From assembly GCF_018350175.1 (NCBI RefSeq), contig NC_058369.1, positions 12,834,001 to 12,898,000 on the forward strand: 64,000 nt of DNA, written 5' to 3'. The stretch's first letter is position 1. Every line of letters starts with the position of its first letter. The notes under the pieces are model-generated. The model was given only the letters and a program-made list of their open reading frames with translations, was not told where the DNA came from and did no database searches. Source of the stretch: Felis catus. Lineage: Eukaryota. Positions 55,989-64,000 of this stretch are shown here, piece by piece. Position numbers and translations under genes: made by a program.

Positions 55989-57800
55989 CCTTTTTTTAAG
56001 TTTATTTATTTTGAGAGAGAGAGAGCAAGCACATTCGTGCATGGGAGAGTCAGAAAGAGAGGAAGAGAGACAGAGAATTCCAAGCAGGCACTGCACTGCC
56101 AACACAGAGCCCAACGTGGGGTTCAATCTCACCAACCACGAGCCAAAGTCAAGAGTTGGGCGCTTAGCGGACTGACCCCCTGTGTCCCAGTCCTCCTTAA
56201 GAAGTGTTCCTGGGAGAGGTGCCTGGGTGGCTCAGTCGGTTAACCATCCAACCTCAGCTCAGGTCACGATCTCACGGCTGGTGAGTTCAACCCCCATGTC
56301 GGGCTCTGAGCCATCAGCACAGAGCCTGGAGCCTGCTTCAGATTCTGTGTTTCCTTCTCTCTCTGCCCCTCCTTCGCTCACATGTCCCCATGCGTGCACT
56401 CTCTTTCAAAAATAAATAAACATTAAAAAAAAGAAAAGAAAGAAAAGAATTAAGGGTAAAACTATCACACGATTAGCTATTCCACTTCTGGGTATTTGTG
56501 TGAAGAAAATGAAAAAAGTAATTGGAAAAGATATCTGTGCCCCTATGTTCACTGCAGCCCAGGCGATCATTAGCAGATGAATGGCTAAAGAGTAGATGTA
56601 TAAACAGTGGAATAGTATTTGGCCTTAAAAAAGGAGGGGTGTCTGGCTGACTCAGTCAGTGGAGCCCGTGACTCTTGGTCTCAGGGTGGTGAGTTTGAGC
56701 TCCACGTTGGGTCAAGATATTATGTAAAAATAAAACCCTTTTTTTTTTTAATTTTTTTTCAATGTTTATTTATTTTTGGGACAGAGAGAGACAGAGCATG
56801 AATGGGGGAGGGGCAGAGAGAGAGGGAGACACAGAATTGGAAACAGGCTCCAGGCTCTGAGCCATCAGCCCAGAGCCTGACACGGGGCTCGAACTCATGG
56901 ACCGTGAGATCGTGACCTGGCTGAAGTCGGACGCTTAACCGACTGCGCCACCCAGGCGCCCCAAACCTTTTTTTTTTTTTAAATATACATTTTTTAATGT
57001 TGATTTTTGAGAGAGAGAGAGTCGGGAAGGGGCAGGGAGAGAGCGAGACACACACACACAGAATCCGAAGCAGGCTCCAGGCTCTGAGCTGTCAGCACAG
57101 AGCCGGATGCAGGGCTCGAACCCATGAACTATGAGACCATGACCTGAGCCAAAGTCAGATGCTTAACCGACTGAGCCACCCAGGTGCCCCTCCTTTTTTT
57201 AAAAAAAATTTTATTTATTTTTGAGACAGAGAGAAACAGAGCATGAGCATGGCAGGGGCAGAGAGGGAGACACAGAATCCGAGGCAGGCTCCAGGCTCCG
57301 AGCTGTCAGCACAGAACCCGATGCAGGGCTCGAACTCATGAACCGAGAGACCATGACCTGAGCCAAAGTCGCTTAACCGACTGAGCCACCCAGGTGCCCC
57401 CCCCCCTTTTTTAAGAGAGCAAACAAACAGGGAAGAGGGGCAGAGGGAGGGAGAGAGAAAGTCTTAAGCAGGCTCCATGCTGAGCATGATCCCAAGACCC
57501 CAGGATCATGACCTGAGCTGAAATCAAGAATGGGACGCTCAACTGACTGAGCCACCCAGGTGGCCCTAAAAATAAAATCTTTAAAAAAAAAAAAGAAGAA
57601 GGAAATCTTGCTATTTGTAACAACATGGATGGACCTTGAGGGCATTATGCTAAGTGAAATAAGTCAGACAGAGAAAGGCAAATACTTTATGACCTCACTT
57701 CTATGTGAAATCGCAAACAAAAGAAGACGGAACATCAAACTCACTGATCCAGAGATCAGAGGGGTGGCTGCCAGAGGTGGTGGGGGTGGGGAGAGGAATG
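55989..57800. mobile_element. SINE/L1 nest: two SINEs, then an L1 3' fragment split by one sense and four antisense CanSINEs
   Basis: L1 motifs CTATTCCACTTCTGGGTAT (about 56477) and GAGGGCATTATGCTAAGTGAAATAAGTCAGACAGAGAAAG (about 57638) either side of the SINE stack. Confidence 0.85.
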
Positions 57801-58525
57801 TGGAGGGGAGATTTTCTTTCCCAGTCAGGAAGTGGGCCCCACCCCTCAGGCTGGGCTCTGGCAGTCCCACATCTTGCCACCGGGTCCTGCCAGAGTTGAG
57901 GACCTGTTTCCCACGATCTCTTTCAGCCACATGGCTTTAGATTGCATCCACATGCTAAAGAGGCCCAAATGTGTTTCTCCTACCCTGACATCTTCCCTGA
58001 GCTCCGGACTCAGGCACAGAACTGTCTCTTTGATGGCCCCACATGGGTGGCTCATGGGTGCCTGGTGCTCGTTAGGACCCAAACAGCTTCTGGTCCCCCT
58101 CCCACCACACCTGCCCCTCCTGCAGCATCCCCATTTCTCGTCTCCAGCCCCGCGGGCTCCCAAACCAGGACTTGTCCTCAACCCTTCTCTAGCTTTCAGA
58201 CCCAAACCTGCCAGCAACACCTTCCACACCACCCAGTATCTGCCCACTTCGGGCCGCCTCCACAATTTCCACCATCTGGTGTCTGGACCAGTGCCTCCTG
58301 GATCTCCAGGAGTCCGCCCTCGCCCCTCCCACAGGCTGTTCCCCCCGTGGCCGCCAGAGGGCGCCTGTGAACGCACCATCAGGTCCCGCCCCTTTTTGCT
58401 CAGAAAAATCCTCCAGGATCCCCGCGGGCTCAGAGAGCGAAAGCTCAACTCCCAGCATCCCCAAGACCCTGTAAATCTGCCCCCATCACCAGCCTGCCCT
58501 CCCCTTGGCCTCTTCACGGTTCCTC

Positions 58526-59235
58526 TTTTTTTTTTTTTTTAATGTTTTATTTATTTTTGAGACCGAGAGAGACAGAGCATGAGCGGGGGAGGGGCAGAGA
58601 GAGAGACCCAGAATCCCAAGCAGGCTCCAGGCTCTGAGCTGTCAGCACAAGGGCCCCACGCGGGGCCCAAACCCACCTATGGTGAGATCATGACCTGAGC
58701 TGAAGTCGGACGCCCAACCCACTGAGCCACCCAGGCGCCCCTCCTCACATTTCCTTGAATCACACTCCTGCTCCAGGGAGGGGGTTCCTGCTCTGCCTGG
58801 CATGCTCTTTCCCCAGATCCTTGCATGGCTCCTCCCTTACCTCCTCATTCAAGTGTCACCTGCTCAGGGGGTATCTCTGAGCACCTGAACTAAGAAGGCA
58901 AGGGAGTTTTATTTACTCAGGGCCCAGCAGTCCATGCTCTACGAAAGTTTTTCTTTTTTTCTTTTTTTAAGTTTATTTATTTTTATTTTTTATTCTTAAT
59001 TTTAAAAAAGCGGGGCTCGAACTCACCGGCACCCCTAAATGGGTATTTATTTTTGAGAGGGAGCATGCGTGCGCACGAGTGGGGGAGGTGCAGAGAGAGA
59101 GAGAGAGAGAGAGGATCCGAAGCAGGCTCTGTGCCGACAGCAGAGAACCCAGTGCGGGGCTCGAACTCATGAACCTGTGAGATCATGATCTGAGCTGAAG
59201 TTGGTCACTTAACCGACTAAACCACCCAGAAGCCC
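58526..59235 (-). mobile_element. Two antisense CanSINEs (about 58526-58741 and 58945-59235)
   Basis: T tails and reverse A/B boxes. Confidence 0.85.
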
Positions 59236-59351
59236 CTCCATAAAAGTTTTTCTAAGGAGCTAATGATTGAACGTTGCCTATGCCAGGCGCACCCCCCACC
59301 CCCCACCCCCCTTAGACAGAGAGCTCTGGGAGGCAGAGCTCCCCCACTCAC

Positions 59352-59790
59352 CTCCCTCTGCAACGTCTCCTTTTCAGCCTGGATGGCCTGCACGGAGGCC
59401 TGCACGCGAATCAGCTCCTCTTCTCGGCTGCCCAGGGCCAATCGCAGCCAGGCATTCCTCTCTGCCAGGCGGGCTGCCTCCCTCTGGCAAGCCCCTGCCC
59501 CCTCCTCCTCCAAGCAGGGCTTTGGTCCTGCCTCACTTCTGTCCTCTGCCTCCACAGGCCCAGGACAGCTTGGGGGCCGGCGGTGCCAGGCCGCAGCAGC
59601 AGCCTCCAGCGAGCTCAGGGCATGATGGAGAATCTGAAACACATCAGAGGCTCCAGGCCTGGGGGGGACCAGCTCCCCGGGCCGTGGGGCTACATCTGTG
59701 GCCTGGTGGCCTTCCTCTGCAGGCCCATGGGGTCCCTTGAGAGATGGGGCCGGTCCTCTGTTAGAGTTCTCTTCAGCCTCTTTGGTGGGC
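59352..59790 (-). CDS. USHBP1: USHBP1 exon (PTKEAEENS...SSLEAAAAAW...TLQRE)
   Basis: AG/GT bounded, 439 nt open. Confidence 0.93.
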
Positions 59791-60005
59791 CTGTGGTCAG
59801 GTGAGACAAGGAAGATTCTGGAAGTGGGGTCATCTGGGGTGGCTAACTCACGGGGGCTGTATTATCCAGGGCCTCGAAAGTTGGGCTGATGAGGACAATG
59901 GGAAGCTATGGCATGTGCGTGAGCAAGGGAGGAACACGGGCGGACCTAGGGGTAGGGAAATTGTACCAGAGCTAGAGTGGGGAGCACAGACCAAGTGGGC
60001 CTTAC

Positions 60006-60154
60006 CTGCCCCCCAAGCCCTGCCCCCTGGCCTCTGCCTCTGGCCCCGGCAGCTTTGGCTTGAAGCTCTCCTGAGATGGCACAGGGCCCGGCTCAGAATT
60101 CCCGCCGGCTGCCTCAGCCTCCTCTGAACTCTCTGCCACAGGATCCAGCTCCCC
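60006..60154 (-). CDS. USHBP1: USHBP1 exon (GELDPVAESSEE...GQGLGG)
   Basis: AG/GT bounded, 149 nt. Confidence 0.92.
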
Positions 60155-60245
60155 CTGAAAATGACCCACGGGACCAAGCTCTGAAGCCAGGCAGGGCTAT
60201 GAGTGGCCCCAAAGAGCCGGGTGTGGCAGGGAGGGGACCACTTAC

Positions 60246-60299
60246 AGGTGGAGCGTGCCTCCCTCGCCGGCTTCGGGGTCGTGTGGCCCGGGAACTCAT
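60246..60299 (-). CDS. USHBP1: USHBP1 first coding exon (MSSRATRPRSRRGRHAPP)
   Basis: GCA ATG start, donor |GTAAGT; likely acceptor at 60346-60347. Confidence 0.93.
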
Positions 60300-60799
60300 T
60301 GCTGTCCAGAAGTCAGTCCTCTGGATCTAACTTCTTCCTCTCCCCCTAAAACCACCGCCTGATCTCAGCTCTTGTCCTGGCTGTCCTGGGTAGCCTTAAT
60401 TTCTTCTTCTGTGAAATGGGCATTGATTTCCTCCCTTCGAAAGGGATCTTGGGTTATCAATGTTGATTTGGTGCATTTGAATGCCTCCCTTGACAGGCAG
60501 CTCACTATCTCCAAAAATTGTTCTGAACTCCTCTTCTCCTCTGCCTCCTTTATCTTTCACTCCCTCTGTGCTCCCCAGTCTGGGCCTGGCTTAACAACTT
60601 CAAGAGTCACTTCTCCTCCCCAGGGCTCTTTTGAGCCAGAGGCCCCAATCTTGGGATTGGGTCCCCTCAGCCTGCTCAAATTCTAGTCCTCTGTGCCTCT
60701 GGGAGCACCTTGGTCAGCAGGGCAAATCCCTGGACATTCTTGGGGTAGCTCTGACCACTGCCTGCTGAGACCTGGGCTGGCCAAGGCTGGCTCGGGAGG

Positions 60800-60880
60800 G
60801 GCCAGGAAACAGGAAGCCCCCTCCCCTGGTCATGTGACTTGTTATTGTGCTGTTTCCTCCTCAAGGCCATCAGCTTCCTC
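60800..60880 (-). promoter_or_regulatory. USHBP1: Putative USHBP1 promoter: FOX:ETS, E-box and SOX motifs
   Basis: AAACAGGAAG 60807-60816, GTCATGTGAC 60829-60838, ATTGT 60844-60848, TGTTTCC 60851-60857. Confidence 0.45.
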
Positions 60881-61875
60881 CAGTCCCATCAGCTGGGGAC
60901 ACGTGTCCGGCTCCTGAGGTGTCAGCTACTCCTCACCTCAGCCTCTGATCTCGAGTCTCCTCCACCTCTGAGCCTCAGTTTTCTTATCTGTAAAATGTTT
61001 GCGGGGAGGGGGGGGCAGTAATTATAGCATTTTCCTACGATGTCGTGGAAATTTTAACAAGCAATTTGCACATGGTCAAGCATCATCCAGGAACTGAATT
61101 GTAATATTTCCACTTGTTCCCTACCTCCCTGGCCCTCCCATCTCTGCTTTCTCTGCCAGCTGCCATTTCTCCTGTGTAAATGTTGGATTCCTCAGAGCCC
61201 AGATAGTCCCTACATCCTGCCCATTTTCCCTGCATCCGTCTCTAAAGGCCCTCCTCATCTCCATCCATTATAAGAACCCAAGCCTCTCCCCTCCCACCTG
61301 GATGCCAGCCCAGCTCCCTCCCTGGACTCTCCAGCCACCCCTCCACTCCCTTCCCTACCCAGGTCCCAGAGACAGAGACCTCATTGTTCACCTCCTCTGC
61401 TCACACACCATCCATGACTCCCCATTGCCCTTGGGAAATATTTCAAGCTCTTCTACCTGGCTTTCGAGGCCCTTAACAATTATGCCTGCTGCCTGCACCC
61501 TTGTATACTCCATGCTTTAGCCACGATGACCCCCCTCTCCTCTGTAAACAGTCGAAGGTTCACAATCCTTATACCCCAGGACCTTTGGTTATGCTGTAAT
61601 CTCTGCCTGAAACACCCTTCCTTGGGGGCACCCAGGCACATTGAAATCTGTGCTCTTAGCCTCTGCTCCAGCCATATTAACCTGTTTAAAGGCTCTGCCG
61701 CTCCAAAGTTCTTGCAAGCCTCCGGATCTTTGCGAAGGTGGTTCCTTCTTTCCGGAATGCCCTTCATTCTCTTGTTTTTCTGGCAAGTTCTCCATTCTCG
61801 AAGACTCAGCTTACATAGCTCCTCCTGGATGTCAATCACTGGAGCCTGGCTTATGAGGGCAGGTTTAACTGACCC

Positions 61876-61879
<4 letters not shown>

Positions 61880-61922
<43 letters not shown>
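61880..61922. repeat. (CA)n microsatellite
   Basis: Direct reading. Confidence 0.95.
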
Positions 61923-61926
<4 letters not shown>

Positions 61927-61943
61927 CTGATGCTCGTGGTTTT

Positions 61944-62012
61944 TATTTTTTTTTTAAGTTTGTTTATTTATTTTCAGAAAGAGAGTGCAAGCGGGGGAGG
62001 AGCAGAGAGAGA

Positions 62013-62060
<48 letters not shown>

Positions 62061-62675
62061 CCCAAGCAGGCTCTGCACTGTCAGTGAGGAGTTCCACACC
62101 GGGCTCAAAGAACTCACAAACCATGAGATCATGATCTGAGCTGAAATCAAGAGTCTGACGCTTAGGAAAAAAAAAAAAAAAGTCTGACACCTAACCAACT
62201 GACCCACCCAGGTGCTCCTCACAGCGTGTTTTTCCTTTTAATTTTTTAATGTTTATTTATTTTTGAGAGAGAGAGAGTGAAACAGAGCACAAGTGGGTGA
62301 GGGGCCGAGAGAGAGAGACAGACAGAATATGAAGCAGGCTCCAAGCTCTGAGCTGTCAGCACAGAGCCCAACGCGGGGCTGGAACCCACAAACTGAGATA
62401 TGTATGACCTGAGCCGAAGTTGGACGCTTAACCGACTAAGCCACCCAGGCGCCCCCCTTCAAAGTGGGTTTTAAATTGTTTGGGGGTGGGGTGCCTGGGT
62501 GGCTCAGCTGGTTAAGCATCCAACTTGATTTCGGCTCAGGTCATGATCTTACGGTTCATGAGATGGAGCCCCATTCCAGCTCTGCTCTGACACTGCAGAG
62601 ACTCCTTGGGATTCTCTTTCTCTCTCTCTCTCTCTCAAAATAAATGAATAAACATCTTAAAAAGTACAAAGAAAA
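61944..62675. mobile_element. Three CanSINEs (two antisense, one sense)
   Basis: A/B boxes, (GA)n or (CT)n tracts, tails. Confidence 0.85.
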
Positions 62676-62819
62676 GCAAATGACAATCTTTTTTAAAAAA
62701 AATGGTTATGGGGGTAAGAGGAGGAGTGCGCATGAAGAAGAAAGGGTGGTTTGAAATAGTTTGGGCTCAAAGGTCTGTAGAATAAGGAACAGAATTAAGT
62801 AACTGGGAAGGGCCTGGCG

Positions 62820-63313
62820 CCTGGGCCACGCCCACCTCGGTCCGCAAAAACCCGCCCCTCATTGAGGGCTAGGTCAGCTCCACAAATCACCAATCAGCCC
62901 CACCTCGTCTTCTAAATCCCGCCCAAGTCACCTGTGTTCAGTTTATCACATTGCAAGTGGCCTTCTCCCTCCATGTGAGCCGACTCTATTGAAAGCCCCA
63001 CTTCACTAGGCCTTGTTCCAGCCTATCAGGGTAGAAGCGCTGACCAGTGTACCTGATTCGGCCAGAAACATAAAAGCTCTGGCTATTCTTCCTTTAACCA
63101 ATCACATTCCAAGCCCCACCCCCTAGCACAGCCCCAGCCTATCAGCTTTCAAGGCTCACCAGCCTTCCCCGGTTCGGCCATCCGCTCGCCTGACGGCTTG
63201 CTGGACTACATTTCCCAGGAGGCGTCGCGCCCGCGCCGCACTACTTCCGGGCTGCGAAAGATGGCGGCTTCCTAGCCAGCGCTCGACTGAGTTGGAGGGA
63301 GGCTCCGGCTACG
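62820..63313 (+). promoter_or_regulatory. BABAM1: Housekeeping promoter and non-coding first exon, probably BABAM1 (by synteny only)
   Basis: CCAAT and GC boxes, ZNF143-type ACTACATTTCCC, ETS ACTTCCGG, YY1 AAGATGGCGG, donor ACG|GTGAGA at 63314; no coding exon in window. Confidence 0.7.
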
Positions 63314-63527
63314 GTGAGAAGCGGTTGGGTGCTTGCGGTCCAGTCCCTAGAGGTCCAGCCCCTAGCCTTTCCTGAGGCTTCCGCCTTCAGCTCTGGTTTC
63401 TCCTGCAGTTTTCTGGTTTCTCGTCCATCTGTCTTGCTGAAGCTAAAGCATTGTTTTCCTTAGAGATTGTGGGGGTTGCAAGGCGCATAGAGACCACAGG
63501 GACATCAGCCCACACCCATGCCCAGAC

Positions 63528-63592
63528 AGGGTGTCCATCTGTTGGTGTCCATCCTCAGGGTGTCCACCAACTGTTGGTGTCCATCCTCAGGG
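63528..63592. repeat. Short tandem duplication, CTGTTGGTGTCCATCCTCAGGG twice, period 32
   Basis: Copies at 63539-63560 and 63571-63592; GGTGTCCA occurs four times. Confidence 0.85.
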
Positions 63593-63732
63593 ACCTTTAA
63601 CACCTAGATTCTTGCCCTTCCTTTGTGCAGACACCCTCTAGACAGCCCACTGTCCCCTGGAGACGAACCCAGAGGTAATTATTATTACTATTTAATTATT
63701 TTTCTTTGTCCTTTTTTTTTTTTTTTTTTAAG

Positions 63733-64000
63733 GGGGCACCTGGGTGGCTCAGTCGGTTAAGCCTCCCACTCTTGATTTCGGTTTAGGTCATGATCTCTTG
63801 GTTCATGAGATCAGGCCCTACGACCGGCTCCGTGCTGAATGTGGCGTCCACTTGTGATTCTCTGTCTCCCCGTCTCTTTCCCTCTCTCTCTCTCTGCTCC
63901 TCCCCCTCCTCTCTCTCAAAATAGATAAATAAACCTTTTTTTAAAAAAGATTTTAGTTTTAAGTAATCGCTCCACCCAGCGTGGGTCCCCAGCCCACAAC
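63733..64000. mobile_element. Sense CanSINE followed by the tail of an antisense SINE cut by the window end
   Basis: A box, CT tract, A tail. Confidence 0.85.

Noticed and set aside
57832-58542. Overlapping 220-236 aa ORFs on both strands in a USHBP1 intron
   Set aside because: Sequence resembles decayed L2; low-complexity translations without domains

Overview
GC-rich mammalian genomic DNA from a carnivore, almost certainly a felid (dense tRNA-derived CanSINEs of the feliform type), syntenic to the human 19p13.11 block. In order: the 3' part of MYO9B (+, 28 coding exons from motor loop 2 through IQ, C1 and RhoGAP to the stop at 25796), complete USE1 (+, 8 exons, 260 aa), complete OCEL1 (+, 6 exons, 262 aa), NR2F6 (-, 4 exons, partly under N blocks), complete USHBP1 (-, 12 coding exons, 703 aa) and the promoter plus first non-coding exon of probable BABAM1 (+). 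Exon boundaries were read by hand and all visible phases are compatible. No prokaryote-type system is present; most of the ORF track is GC-rich noise or antisense shadow. Best leads: (1) a frameshifted relic of the MYO9B loop-2 cassette exon that keeps both splice sites and would act as a poison exon; (2) a possible dual-frame OCEL1 isoform starting at an ATG inside an intronic CRE-CCAAT-octamer module and rejoining the main frame through a second acceptor; (3) a possible decayed, unrecognised gene between OCEL1 and NR2F6; (4) two GC-AG introns with the same atypical donor near an RBFOX/QKI-flanked MYO9B cassette exon; (5) poly(A) signals overlapping the USE1 stop codon and supplied in both directions by an L2 tail. 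Comparisons with human and rodent proteins are from memory and need checking.
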